Below, one piece after another: positions 1 to 10,202 of a DNA stretch of 64,000 bases; position 1 is the first letter of the stretch; every line of letters starts with the position of its first letter. The translations under genes and the position numbers were made by a program. Source of the stretch: Candidatus Poribacteria bacterium. Lineage in GTDB: Bacteria; Poribacteria; WGA-4E; WGA-3G. The stretch lies in contig CAXXLX010000001.1 of assembly GCA_963665235.2 (NCBI GenBank), positions 4,032,001 to 4,096,000 of the forward strand. The letters run 5' to 3'. The notes under the pieces were generated by a model. That model ran no database searches. It had not been told where the DNA came from and saw only the letters and a program-made list of their open reading frames with translations.

Positions 1-102
1 GGTTTCATCTTTTGCTGCGGTAGTGCTGGTGTTTTCCTCTTTTTTCTCCTCAGCAGCAGACATCTCATATTCGACCGGGTCGACAGGGAAAAAGGTTCTC
101 AT
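1..102 (-). CDS. N-terminal fragment of a hypothetical protein running off the left edge
   Basis: AAGGAG RBS upstream of ATG at 102; open frame MRTFFPVDPVEYEMSAAEEKKEENTSTTAAKDET to the window edge. Confidence 0.55.
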   Translation of the reverse strand, partial: MRTFFPVDPVEYEMSAAEEKKEENTSTTAAKDET

Positions 103-340
103 TTTCTATTCTCCTTATGTGTGCTAGTGCTTCGTTTACTTCGCTCATTTACGACCGGGAAACCGCTAGAAGGAAGCGCGTTCGGTTATAAGGAAACTAT
201 ATTTACAAAACTCTCGAAGAGTCTTTAGACAATTTTATTAACGCAAATATTTGATAAAAGTTAACAGTAAATACTCCGATGACATCTGCAAACGTTAACC
301 TATTGTCCTCGGAGCTCATCCCAAAAATTGGAGGCATTTC

Positions 341-916
341 ATGCAGAAAATAACGCAAAACGATGTTATTCAACGCTCATTAGCGGGGGAATCCTTCGCG
401 AGCGAAAACTTGGCTAATTTAGATTTATCGGACCAATCACTTGTCGGTCTTGACTTTTCATCGGCAAACTTGAGCGGGGCAAACTTGAAAAACGCTGACT
501 TAACTGACGCGAATTTAAACGATGCAAATCTCACCGGCGCAGATTTGTCGGGTGCAGTACTGCTGCGCACATACTTAGTAGGTGCGAATCTAACAGAGGC
601 AACGCTAGAGGACGCGAATCTATTTGGCGCGTTCCTCAGTGGGAGCCTTCTATCCGGTACAAACTTCCGTGGAGCAGATTTACGTCGTGCTACGCTTGGG
701 TGCCCCAAATGTGTTCCTGCTGCCCCATTTGGTGCTCTCACAACTTTCGAGAATGCCAACTTAGAAGAGGCAATTTTCGGTGAAATTAAACTACAAGGCA
801 TCGTTTTACTCGGCGCAAATTTTAAAGGGGCATACCTCTACGAGGTCGACTTATCCGAAGCGGTTTACCGCGAAGCTGACCTGGCAGGGGCCATTACGAA
901 ACAGGGGAGGAATTAA
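341..916 (+). CDS. Pentapeptide repeat protein
   Basis: Long A(N/D)LxxA(N/D)L pentapeptide runs; GGAGG RBS; internal CPKC loop. Confidence 0.92.
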   Translation: MQKITQNDVIQRSLAGESFASENLANLDLSDQSLVGLDFSSANLSGANLKNADLTDANLNDANLTGADLSGAVLLRTYLVGANLTEATLEDANLFGAFLSGSLLSGTNFRGADLRRATLGCPKCVPAAPFGALTTFENANLEEAIFGEIKLQGIVLLGANFKGAYLYEVDLSEAVYREADLAGAITKQGRN

Positions 917-1027
917 CCTACAACTTCCCACCAGCCACCGAATACACAAAGGCTGCTGTTTACACCGCTATTGGTTTACTCGCCAAACATTTACGAGCTA
1001 TAGAACTCATGTAATACACCCAAAAAT

Positions 1028-1059
1028 CCCTCCCCCCGCCTGCGGGGGTTAGGGGGGGT
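1028..1059. repeat. GC-rich hairpin (REP-like or terminator-like) between convergent genes
   Basis: CCCTCCCCCCGCCTGCGGGGGTTAGGGGGG self-complementary stretch. Confidence 0.4.
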
Positions 1060-1273
1060 GGAGCTGGCGAGTAAACCATTATACACACAAACGGATCGTA
1101 AACCGTAAGCCTAGTGCTCTGTCAAGTCTTATTGGACTATCATAACTGAACAGCAAAACGGGCTTGTCCTTTCATGTCATGAGACGTTAATAATTCTAAT
1201 AAGTTTACAAATCCGTTTATTTTTCATTTTTTTTATACAGCAGTTTTTGCCTATTTGCGTTCGTATTGCAACG

Positions 1274-3148
1274 TTATCTGGCGAGTTGTTGTTCACACAA
1301 TTTTCGGTAGAGTCCACCTTTTTCCAACAACTGCTGATGGGTTCCACTTTCGAGAATTTCACCATTGTTAATGACAAGTATTTTGTCCGCACGTTTCACG
1401 GTTGAAAGCCGATGGGCAATGATAAAGCTTGTTCTGCCCGCCATAAGGTTTGCTAAAGATTCTTGGATGATAGCTTCAGATTGTACATCCAGGGCGGAGG
1501 TTGCTTCATCCAGGATAAGAACCGGTGCATCTTTTAAAATGGCGCGGGCGATGGAGAGACGTTGTTTTTCGCCACCTGATAGATTTCCGCCAGCTTCACC
1601 GATTGGGGTATCGTACCCGTGCGGCATTTCCGTTATAAATTGGTGTGCATTCGCCTTTTTTGCTGCTTCAATAATTGCAGGTTGAGTCGCCTTAGGGGAG
1701 CCGTAACCAATATTTTCTAGGACAGTCCCATCGAACAGAAAGGTATCCTGTGGTACAAGGGCAATATTGCCCCTCAACGATTCCAGCGTGACCTCCGCTA
1801 TCGATAAATTATCGATGAGAATTGTTCCGGTGTCAACGTTATAGAACCGTAGCAATAGATTGAGAAGTGTTGTCTTTCCACTGCCGCTCGGGCCGACGAG
1901 TGCAATAATTTCCCCGGGTTCCACGGTAAAGTTTACATTTTTAATAACAGGTTGCTCCAGATAAGCGAAAGAGACCTCTCGGAATTGAACCGCCCCTTGG
2001 ACGTTCGGCAGTTTGCGTTTTCCATCAGTTTCAGTGCCGGGTTCTGTTTTAAAATCGAGGAGCTGAAAGATGCGCTCCGCCGAGACAAGGCTTTGCTGTA
2101 ACACATTATTAACGCTCCCAATTGTTTTAATCGGCTTGAACATTTGTGCAACCATAACGAAATAACTAACAAACCAGCCGATTGATAACTTCCCCTCGAT
2201 GACCTGCCAGCACCCAAAACCGAAAACGGTTGCACTGCCAATAGCACTTATCCATTCAATGACTGGCGGAAGAAGCGCAGCAAATCGGGCGCGGCGAATT
2301 GCCGAACCGTATTGTCTGGAAGTTACCGCTTGAAATCGTTCCAACTCGGTTGTTTCAGTCGTAAAACTTTTGATAATATTGATACCCGACAACGTTTCCT
2401 TGAGTTGTGCATAGATATCCGAACTCCGCTTCTGAATTTCTGTACTGGCTTTACGGACACGCGCTCCGATTCTTGCAATAAAAAACGCTAGCATCGGCAG
2501 CACCAACATGGCGAAAATTGTCATTTGGAGATTCTGATATAGCATAAAAGCGACGAAAAAGGTGACCTGAATAACAGCACGCATAATTGCGGCGGTCGCC
2601 CCCACCGCTTGCTGCCACATTCGGACATCATCGGTAACACGTGTCATAACGTCACCGGTGCGATGTTCCGCAAGCACTCCAAGGGGAGCTAATACGATTT
2701 TTTCATAGAGTTCATTTCGGATGCGGAGGCTGAGTTTATTTCCGACACGCTCCATCAAAAAATCGTTAGCGTAGGCGAAAAAACCCTTGATAAAAATGAG
2801 GCCGAGGACACCGCCCAAAATTCCAAAAAAGAAGCGCAGAGCCGCTTTCACATCTGTCAATAAAATGTCAATTCCCTCAAAAACGCCTTTAATATGAAAA
2901 AACCGGATTGAAACAGGGTCGGAAGACTGCCTGAAACCTTCAAGCTGCGTGAGTGCGTCAATCGTATCCGCTAAAATCTGAAGGCGTCCAAGTTCGCAAG
3001 CAGTCATGACGAAGGCACAAATCATCGCCAACACAATTGAACCGTTGTAAGGGATTATGTACTGTAAAAATCGAAGAAAGATGTTTTTTTGACGCAAGGA
3101 GTCATCACCTTGACACGAAATGCCGGGTGCTGCGGCCATCTTCTGCAA
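1274..3148 (-). CDS. ABC transporter fused permease/ATPase, MsbA-like exporter
   Basis: Multiple TM helices; Walker A GPSGSGKT; signature LSGGEKQR; Walker B ILILDEATSALD-like; H-loop IAHRL. Confidence 0.93.
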   Translation of the reverse strand: MQKMAAAPGISCQGDDSLRQKNIFLRFLQYIIPYNGSIVLAMICAFVMTACELGRLQILADTIDALTQLEGFRQSSDPVSIRFFHIKGVFEGIDILLTDVKAALRFFFGILGGVLGLIFIKGFFAYANDFLMERVGNKLSLRIRNELYEKIVLAPLGVLAEHRTGDVMTRVTDDVRMWQQAVGATAAIMRAVIQVTFFVAFMLYQNLQMTIFAMLVLPMLAFFIARIGARVRKASTEIQKRSSDIYAQLKETLSGINIIKSFTTETTELERFQAVTSRQYGSAIRRARFAALLPPVIEWISAIGSATVFGFGCWQVIEGKLSIGWFVSYFVMVAQMFKPIKTIGSVNNVLQQSLVSAERIFQLLDFKTEPGTETDGKRKLPNVQGAVQFREVSFAYLEQPVIKNVNFTVEPGEIIALVGPSGSGKTTLLNLLLRFYNVDTGTILIDNLSIAEVTLESLRGNIALVPQDTFLFDGTVLENIGYGSPKATQPAIIEAAKKANAHQFITEMPHGYDTPIGEAGGNLSGGEKQRLSIARAILKDAPVLILDEATSALDVQSEAIIQESLANLMAGRTSFIIAHRLSTVKRADKILVINNGEILESGTHQQLLEKGGLYRKLCEQQLAR

Positions 3149-3177
3149 GATGCGGACACAGCTAAGGGGTGCTGTGC

Positions 3178-4311
3178 TTAGAGTCTTCCAGCAAATTGGT
3201 GGTCACCAAACTGGATAACCTGTATTTGCTCAGCAGCGTTTACTTTGCAGCGGATGTTCAGCTTCCGTTCGCGGAAGTTGATATTTTCAATAACGCCGAG
3301 GGCGAATGTGTCCCCGGTGCTGCCGATTAATCCTACTAAACGGTGTCGAAAATAAACAGGGAGTTCCGTTGTAATATGGGCTAGGCTCAAAAAATTTTTG
3401 AGGTTCGTGAGTGCCAATTTAGTCGGTTTTTTCCGGGCGACGAGGCTCAAGGTCCGGTGTCCCCATTCGGCGTGCAGTACTTCAGCTTCAGCGTGCCGTG
3501 TGAGCATCTCTAGTTCCTTGTCGTTGGCGATTCTGCCATTGAAAAACGGGGTACGCGCGCCTCGGAGCTGTTCGAACGGGACTGTTTGCAGTTCACTTTG
3601 AGCGAAGTAAGCCTCAAATCGTGCTTTTCTATTTCTTTTCCGAGCTTCACTACTTTTGGGTCTCACCTGTTTATGCGGTAAAAGGTAGTGAAGTGTGAGC
3701 CAATTTAGCTCGCTATAGCACGCCACAATCCGTTCCATACTGCCGGACCGGCCGAGGCAGATAACGTGATTTGGTCGGAGGAGCTCAATTTTTTGTTGCT
3801 TCAACGTGACAGCGGCTTCTTCACTCACATAGCCTGTTGTATCAATGACAGTGAATTCTGCTCCTGCTTTTTGTGCGGCATCCGCCATCAATCGGGTACC
3901 TGTTAGGACCGGGAGTAGGTTACGCTGCGGTGTTATTGCTCCGGCAAAGTAAAAAGCATCAACTTCTTGATTAAGGTGTTGACTCGGGGGTTTTCCGGGG
4001 GCAGGTGTCTTTTGGGGTAAAGCACCAGCACCCTCCTCCGCAACCGACGTTTTATCTTCAGACCCATCAGTTGGAGCTGGCTCAAAAAGTTTCATGCCAA
4101 TTGTAGTTGGCGGGCCAATTTGGGATTGTCCGATGTCCGCATCAACCAAGGCGGTTTTCAACGATTCAGCAGTGGCAAAATCAATCAGGTAACGACAGAA
4201 CGTTGATTTTCCCGTATCCGGGGCACCTATTACAAGGACGCGGTGATGCGGTGCAACGATGCGACTTGCAAGCTGCTTCCAATGATGGTTAATTTTATAT
4301 GTGCGATTCAT
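3178..4311 (-). CDS. Clp1/Grc3/Nol9-family polynucleotide 5'-hydroxyl kinase
   Basis: Walker A GAPDTGKST, DADIGQSQIGPPTTIG, IDTTGY, and Arg-rich lid ARKRNRKARF. Confidence 0.82.
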   Translation of the reverse strand: MNRTYKINHHWKQLASRIVAPHHRVLVIGAPDTGKSTFCRYLIDFATAESLKTALVDADIGQSQIGPPTTIGMKLFEPAPTDGSEDKTSVAEEGAGALPQKTPAPGKPPSQHLNQEVDAFYFAGAITPQRNLLPVLTGTRLMADAAQKAGAEFTVIDTTGYVSEEAAVTLKQQKIELLRPNHVICLGRSGSMERIVACYSELNWLTLHYLLPHKQVRPKSSEARKRNRKARFEAYFAQSELQTVPFEQLRGARTPFFNGRIANDKELEMLTRHAEAEVLHAEWGHRTLSLVARKKPTKLALTNLKNFLSLAHITTELPVYFRHRLVGLIGSTGDTFALGVIENINFRERKLNIRCKVNAAEQIQVIQFGDHQFAGRL

Positions 4312-4410
4312 GCCGATATCTCCTTATACCAAATTAACACAATTCGTCTCGTTCCACTCTTCCGCGCCAGCGGAGCGTCCGTGAAGACGATGAATCAGAT
4401 GAATTTGGTA

Positions 4411-5277
4411 TTAATCACCAAGGCTAAGTTCATAGCGAAAAGTGACACCGGGCAGACTGAGAATTTCGTCAAATCGGGGGCTCTGATTAATACCTATGAG
4501 CTGTTCAAGTAAAGACTGTTTTCTCTGCTGCCGGATTACTTTGGGCGTTCCATCCACGTTGCTGAGTTTTGCTGCAATCTGTATTGCATCTTGAAGGTTA
4601 CCGAGTGTATCCACCAATTTGTGGCCGTGTGCCTGCTTCCCGGAAAAGATGCGTCCATCAGCAAGTTCGACGACCTCATCCCGGGGGAGATGTGTCTGCC
4701 GCGATTCAAAGATAGCTGCTACAAATTGATTGTAAACATCATCAACGGTGCTTTGTAAGACAGCTTGCTCCGCCTCGGTCAAATCCCGGAAAGCTGAGCC
4801 TGTGTCTTTGAATTGTCCACTTTTAATAACCTGCCGCTTTAAACCAACTTTTTCGTATAAACCGCCCATCTGGATAAACTGCATGATAACGCCAATACTC
4901 CCGGTCAGCGTCCCTGGATTAGCGACAATCGTGTCCGCAGCACAAGCGATGTAATAGCCACCGGACGCGGCGGTTCCACCCATTGAAGCGACAATAGGTT
5001 TCTCCAATTTCTTTAATTCACTGTAAATCTCTTGGACAGGGGCTACACTTCCGCCCGGAGTATTGAGCCGGATAACAAGTGCCTTGATACTCGGGTCATC
5101 CCGATACGCATGGATAAGTTTAATATATGTATCCGATTGTGAGATAACACCGGTGATGTCTAGCACCGCGACTTTCTCCCCAAAGGGTGCTGTCTGAATC
5201 ACTAAGTTCAACAAAAGCACCAAGAAAAAACATACAATGATTACCGCTAAGACAATTAGAACGCGTTTCTTCTTCAT
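4411..5277 (-). CDS. sppA: Signal peptide peptidase SppA (36K type, S49)
   Basis: N-terminal TM; RLNTPGGS, ASGGYYIA, TGSIGV, KSGQFKD, DGRIFSG motifs; start moved to MKKKR after AGGA RBS. Confidence 0.92.
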   Translation of the reverse strand: MKKKRVLIVLAVIIVCFFLVLLLNLVIQTAPFGEKVAVLDITGVISQSDTYIKLIHAYRDDPSIKALVIRLNTPGGSVAPVQEIYSELKKLEKPIVASMGGTAASGGYYIACAADTIVANPGTLTGSIGVIMQFIQMGGLYEKVGLKRQVIKSGQFKDTGSAFRDLTEAEQAVLQSTVDDVYNQFVAAIFESRQTHLPRDEVVELADGRIFSGKQAHGHKLVDTLGNLQDAIQIAAKLSNVDGTPKVIRQQRKQSLLEQLIGINQSPRFDEILSLPGVTFRYELSLGD

Positions 5278-5309
5278 GAGGAGTCCTTCAGAATATGGGG
5301 AGTCTTTTC

Positions 5310-6095
5310 TCAATTCCGCTCCGCACCTGGGATTGATTTAGTTAATCCGTTCTCCAATTGCTCTGTCTTTGCTGGAAAAATGACGACCCAAAAGGTTTTA
5401 ATTAACCATCCTATATCAGATAGGAAGCTCTGCGTTGCAACATAGTGAAGGTCAAGTGCCAGTTTTTTAGGCATGAGTTCAGTTATATAATAGGCCTCTG
5501 GATTCACTTGCGCCTTCAGTTTCTCTTCCTCATTTCGGTTTGCGATTTGCGAAGGCCCAGTAATACCGGGTTTTACCTGTAGCACCTGTTTCTGCGTTTC
5601 TGTATAGTATTGAACATAATTTGGAGCTTCAGGTCGAGGCCCTATTAGGCTCATCTCGCCTCTAAACACATTGATAAGGTTTGGAAGCTCGTCTAGTTTG
5701 GTCTTCCGTAAAAAACTGCCAATAGGGGTTACGCGTGAATCCTTATGCGTTGTCAGTCCGCCGCCGAGTTTGTCGGCATTGATAACCATGGTTCTGAATT
5801 TATACATCTCAAAAACGGTTCCATTTCTGCCCACGCGCTTTGCGCGATAAAAAATGGGCCCAGCGGATTGCACCTTAGCGAGACAACTTCCGAGCAGAAA
5901 GAGCGGAGACAAGAGGACCACCGCTATTGTCGACAAAAGGAGGTCAAAACTCCGTTTCCCCCAATTTGTGCCCCTTCGGCAATTGCCTGTTTCAGGCGAT
6001 GCCAGCGGTGCGGTGTCGGAATTCTCCATCTGGTGTGCGTTGCTCGTTATTTGACCCTTCATATCCGTGCCTGCCCTGCGGACGCGTCCGCACAT
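5310..6095 (-). CDS. Bacterial sugar transferase (polyprenyl-phosphate phosphoglycosyltransferase)
   Basis: KRSFD, YKFRTM, RKTKLDELP, GEMSLIGPRPE, KPGITG motifs; exact start uncertain. Confidence 0.9.
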   Translation of the reverse strand: MCGRVRRAGTDMKGQITSNAHQMENSDTAPLASPETGNCRRGTNWGKRSFDLLLSTIAVVLLSPLFLLGSCLAKVQSAGPIFYRAKRVGRNGTVFEMYKFRTMVINADKLGGGLTTHKDSRVTPIGSFLRKTKLDELPNLINVFRGEMSLIGPRPEAPNYVQYYTETQKQVLQVKPGITGPSQIANRNEEEKLKAQVNPEAYYITELMPKKLALDLHYVATQSFLSDIGWLIKTFWVVIFPAKTEQLENGLTKSIPGAERN

Positions 6096-6107
6096 CTCTG
6101 TGCTGCT

Positions 6108-8084
6108 TTAAACCGTATCCATCGATTCCGACTCCGATGTTTCTGTCTCCGTACCGACATTTATGAGATAGTTTCTAATATCGGCTCGGTCGCTTTTCTC
6201 ATTATCGGCAATGAAGGTTCGGTTAGGTTGATATGTTGGTACCAGTTCCTGAAATTTGGCGATAATTCCTTCTATGTCAAGTGCTTCAGCAAGTTGGGTG
6301 AGCTCCTCAATTTGGTGGAGGAGTTGTTGCTCCTCAATATCCTCCAATTGTGCAACAAAGATACGTTGATGCTTAGTTGCCGTCACACCCTCCTGCGGGG
6401 TGAGAAGTTCCTCATAAAGTTTTTCGCCCGGGTCCAGGCCGGTGAATTCGATTTTTATATCCTTATCGAGTTCAAGTCCGGAGAGTCGGATGAGGTCGCG
6501 AGCGAGGTCAAGAATTTTAATCGGGTCACCCATATCTAACATCAAAATCTCCCCGCCTTTTCCCATCGCTCCCGCCTGAATTAGGAGTTGGACAGCCTCA
6601 GGAATAGTCATGAAATAACGTGTCGCTTCCCGATGTGTGACCGTGACAGGGCCGCCTTTGGCAATCTGACGTTTGAAGTTAGGCAAAACACTGGCTCGGC
6701 TGCCGATAACATTGCCAAACCGCACTGCGATAAATTTCGTGCCGTTTCGGCTGGCTTTACACTGGATAAGTTTCTCGGTGACGCGCTTAGATGCCCCATA
6801 GACACTTGTTGGGTTAACAGATTTGTCAGACGATACGAGAATAAATGCCTCCACCTGGTTCGTGATAGCAGCATCAATCAAATTTTGCGTACCGAGTATG
6901 TTATTTTTGACAGCTTCATCCGGGTGAATTTCCATGAATTTGACATGTTTGTGTGCAGCAGCATGAAAAATAATATGTGGACAATACCGTCTGGTAATCT
7001 GAAATACTTTGGATTGGTCCCGGATGTCCCCGATAATCAGTTCTCGATTGAGATTCGGATCAGATTCTCGCAATTCCATATCTATATGGTACAAACTATT
7101 TTCACCCCGGCCGAAGAGGATGAGCAGTTCAGGATTCAGTTTTGCCACCTGCCGACAGAGTTCTGCCCCGATTGAGCCGCCTGCCCCGGTTACCATAACC
7201 CGTTTTCCGGAGAGATATTTGGAAATTTCTGCTAAATCAATTGGTGCCGTGGGACGATTGAGCAGGTCTTCCAACTTCACTTCTCGGATATTGTTGATAC
7301 TGACGCGTCCTTCAAGGATAGCATGGACGTTGGTTACGATTTTGAATTGGCATCGTAGATATTCACACTGCTGGGTAATATCGCGAATTTTGCCGCCCGG
7401 TGCGGAGGGCATAGCGATGACCACCTCCTCAATCTCCCGTTTTCGGGCGATGTAGGTTAGGTCTCGCGTTGTGCCGAGTACTTCAAGTCCAGCAACACTT
7501 CTACCGACCTTCTGTGAATCATCATCTATAAACCCTATAGGTAAATATCCTTTTTCGGGGTGATTTCGTAATTCTCGTAGCACCGCAATGCCAGCGTCCC
7601 CTGCCCCGACGATGAGAACTTTGGTCCGGGGGGCCGCGACCTCCTTGCGTCGTCCTTCCTGAAAAATACTATAGGAGAATTTAGCGCAACCGATTAATAT
7701 TAGATTATAGAAGCCATCAATTAAGAAGAATGACCACGCATCAAAACCTTTCAGGCAGGCCGCCAGACCGATGAGAACTAAGGTCCCCACACCGATAGCC
7801 GCAGCTAAGGAGCGGAATTCGTGAACTGCAGCGTATCGCCAAAGCGGCTTGTCCAGCCGAAATCCTACGAAGGTGCCGGTACGCACGAGGGTTACAACCG
7901 CAGCGATGCCCAAAAAAAGTTGATACGGCGATGCCTGCGAAAGCATTGCTAACCTTTGTTGAGGAAGTGTCAGCACGTCATAACCGAGCTGCTTGCAAGT
8001 GTAGTAAGTTAGCAGAAAGGCTACATTTACGAGAAATACGTCAACTACAATCGATGAACTCCATTTTAACTGAGATTGTTCCAT
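6108..8084 (-). CDS. Nucleoside-diphosphate sugar dehydratase, CapD/PglF family
   Basis: N-terminal TMs, GAGDAG CoA-binding-like domain, VTGAGGSIG, HAAAHKHV, SSDKSVNP, YGASK, RFGNV, TRYFMTIPEA. Confidence 0.93.
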   Translation of the reverse strand: MEQSQLKWSSSIVVDVFLVNVAFLLTYYTCKQLGYDVLTLPQQRLAMLSQASPYQLFLGIAAVVTLVRTGTFVGFRLDKPLWRYAAVHEFRSLAAAIGVGTLVLIGLAACLKGFDAWSFFLIDGFYNLILIGCAKFSYSIFQEGRRKEVAAPRTKVLIVGAGDAGIAVLRELRNHPEKGYLPIGFIDDDSQKVGRSVAGLEVLGTTRDLTYIARKREIEEVVIAMPSAPGGKIRDITQQCEYLRCQFKIVTNVHAILEGRVSINNIREVKLEDLLNRPTAPIDLAEISKYLSGKRVMVTGAGGSIGAELCRQVAKLNPELLILFGRGENSLYHIDMELRESDPNLNRELIIGDIRDQSKVFQITRRYCPHIIFHAAAHKHVKFMEIHPDEAVKNNILGTQNLIDAAITNQVEAFILVSSDKSVNPTSVYGASKRVTEKLIQCKASRNGTKFIAVRFGNVIGSRASVLPNFKRQIAKGGPVTVTHREATRYFMTIPEAVQLLIQAGAMGKGGEILMLDMGDPIKILDLARDLIRLSGLELDKDIKIEFTGLDPGEKLYEELLTPQEGVTATKHQRIFVAQLEDIEEQQLLHQIEELTQLAEALDIEGIIAKFQELVPTYQPNRTFIADNEKSDRADIRNYLINVGTETETSESESMDTV

Positions 8085-8119
8085 AATACCTCCTATTTGT
8101 GCTCGTCTAAAAATTGGAT

Positions 8120-9388
8120 TTACGCAGAAGATGCCGGTTCGGGTTTACGACTTCCAATTTTGGCGTAGACCTGCTCAAGCCGTTCAACAAGCACCGGCCA
8201 ATCGTAACTCAATTCAACCCGTTTTCTCCCGGCCTGGACAAAGGTCTGGCGAATATCGGGGTTGTCAATCAGTTGAACGACATTTTCAGCGAAGTCTTCA
8301 GGCGTGTCAGCGACGAGCAGCTCGGTGCCGATTTCTGCCTCTAACCCCATGGCCCCAATAGAACTCGTCACAACCGGAATCCCCATTGCCATGGCCTCTA
8401 AGTTCTTCGTTTGTATGCCCGACCCGGCCCGCAAGGGTGCGACAAAAACAGACGCATCCTCAAAATAGGGACGGATGTCTGGCACATAACCTGTAACGAT
8501 AACGCCTTTCTGGGCCGCAAGCCGCTTCACCTGTTCTGTTGGATGATTGCCTACAATATAAAAAACCGTATCCGGATGCTTCCTCTGTATCAACGGAAGA
8601 ATGCTACGGCAAAAATAGATGACTGCATCCGAGTTCGGAAAATAGTTCATAGTCCCAGTAAACAGCAGTTTTTTCACGTTGGTGCAAGCCCCTGGGCGCA
8701 CCTCGCCATTCCTGAAATCGTCTAACCTGTTTGCATCTGCTTCGTGAGCCTGGCGCGGTTGAAAATATGTGAGGTCAACACCCATCGGCACTACCGACAA
8801 ATTCAAGCTGTTATCCTGATTGAGCAGATAGTCCCGGTCGAAGTGTGCAACAACGGTGCCGCAGTCAAACGCCTTCATAATCTCAACTTCATATTGGCGT
8901 ACTCGCTTTTCCTCTAATTTTACCAAAAAACGTTTTGGTGTGCAATCTAATTCTGCACGACGACTTAAGTTAAGGGCTAACGAGTCACACAAATCTAAAA
9001 CCTTTGCCGTTCCATCTGCCTCGATGACATATTGCCCCATCCGAAAAAGTTGTGCATGAATCAATTCAAATTGCTCCTGCTCTAGAAGCTCATTAATTTT
9101 CCGTTGCATCTGCGGCACGTACCAATAGTGCACCTGGAGTGGCAGCCCGGATAAGCAGTGGAGTGCTGTATTGAGCGCAGCATAAGGACGACGAAACCTA
9201 ACCCACTCTATCCGCTCACAAAACGGTTGAAGATGCTTAACCGCTTCAATATCCGCATCCGACTCAGCAAAGAAAACGAGCGTAACAGCGTGCCGTTCTG
9301 AAAGCTGTTTGATAAAATGATACGACCGAATCCTATCCCCTCGCTGCGGGGGATACGGACATCGTAAACTTAAAAACAAAATTCGCAT
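8120..9388 (-). CDS. Glycosyltransferase family 4 (resembles TIGR03087 sugar transferases)
   Basis: PYPPQRGDRIR N-terminus, FTGTMNYFPN, GSGIQTKNLEAMAMG. Confidence 0.88.
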   Translation of the reverse strand: MRILFLSLRCPYPPQRGDRIRSYHFIKQLSERHAVTLVFFAESDADIEAVKHLQPFCERIEWVRFRRPYAALNTALHCLSGLPLQVHYWYVPQMQRKINELLEQEQFELIHAQLFRMGQYVIEADGTAKVLDLCDSLALNLSRRAELDCTPKRFLVKLEEKRVRQYEVEIMKAFDCGTVVAHFDRDYLLNQDNSLNLSVVPMGVDLTYFQPRQAHEADANRLDDFRNGEVRPGACTNVKKLLFTGTMNYFPNSDAVIYFCRSILPLIQRKHPDTVFYIVGNHPTEQVKRLAAQKGVIVTGYVPDIRPYFEDASVFVAPLRAGSGIQTKNLEAMAMGIPVVTSSIGAMGLEAEIGTELLVADTPEDFAENVVQLIDNPDIRQTFVQAGRKRVELSYDWPVLVERLEQVYAKIGSRKPEPASSA

Positions 9389-9469
9389 CTTTGATATTTC
9401 CTTGCGGTTTGATATTTTTAAGATTTCCTTGCGGTTTGATAAGGGTTAGTGGATTAGACAAGTTTTTCC

Positions 9470-9961
9470 CCATATATCCAGCCCTTCACGTTGTTCGGGC
9501 TTACGGGTGTGTTGGACACAAATTCGATAGGTTTTTTGTCAATATAGCCAGTCCGCCCACTTCCTTTAGAAACCTGTTTATCTTCAAACCTCTTGCTAAT
9601 TGCTAATTGCCAATCGCTAATCGCCAACGCGCCATATATCCAGCCCTTCACGTTGTTCGGGCTTACGGGTGTGTCAGGCACAAACACAAAGAGGTCTCTG
9701 ACGCACATCAGATATGTTCTTATACCATTTTTATTAGTTATTCTATCATTACCGGTTGTTAGAAATGAAACGGAGAACGGAAGACCCAAACTGGAAGTTT
9801 ATGCTACAATAAAGAACACAAACTGGAAGTTTATGCTACAAGAAAGAGACATTTTCAATTAGAAATGGTATTAGAATCACAAACCGCTTGCTAATTGCTA
9901 ATTGCTAATTGCTAATCGCCAACGCGCCATATATACAGCCCTTCACGTTGTTCGGGCTTAC
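9470..9961. repeat. Three copies of a ~36-bp hairpin repeat (CCATATATCCAGCCCTTCACGTTGTTCGGGCTTAC), two preceded by GCTAATT heptamer runs
   Basis: Copies at ~9470, ~9632 and ~9927; AGCCC...GGGCT stem; heptamer runs at ~9594-9628 and ~9890-9923. Confidence 0.8.
9723..9870. mobile_element. MITE copy 1 (TACCATTT...AAATGGTA) with 2 internal REP-like units
   Basis: Terminal inverted repeats, flanking TTA duplication, near identity to 35983-36226 and 45738-45909. Confidence 0.82.
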
Positions 9962-9976
9962 CCAAACGCTTGCTGC

Positions 9977-10186
9977 CTATTCCTCCGCTGGCTGCTGACT
10001 ACCGATTTCCGCTTCATCAATTAGCATAACAGGAATACCATCGCGAATCGGATAACGACGTTTACATTTCCCGATACATACCAATTTTTGGTCCGCTTCA
10101 CTGTGCACTATCTCACTTTTGCATGCTGGACATGCAAGGATGTCAAGCAAGGTTTGCGAGAGGGTGTAAGGTTTTTCTGAGTTCAA
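9977..10186 (-). CDS. Trm112/YcaR family protein
   Basis: LLDILACPACK...C..C.RRYPIRDGIPVMLIDEA; TTG start at 10186 after AGGAG RBS (track start at 10324 overlaps secA). Confidence 0.85.
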   Translation of the reverse strand: MNSEKPYTLSQTLLDILACPACKSEIVHSEADQKLVCIGKCKRRYPIRDGIPVMLIDEAEIGSQQPAEE

Positions 10187-10202
10187 GGCGATTCTCCTAA
10201 AA

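Noticed and set aside
5745-7455. Long antisense ORFs opposite capD (and similar ones opposite the sulfatase, secA and WD40 genes)
   Set aside because: They fully overlap well-supported genes on the other strand and carry no recognisable motifs
8681-8707. Possible palindromic insertion inside the GT4 gene (GEVRPGACT)
   Set aside because: The hairpin is imperfect and matches none of the repeat families in the window; it may be an ordinary interdomain linker
9470-9961. Three ~36-bp repeats as a degenerate CRISPR
   Set aside because: Intervening sequences exceed 100 bp and are partly repeated themselves
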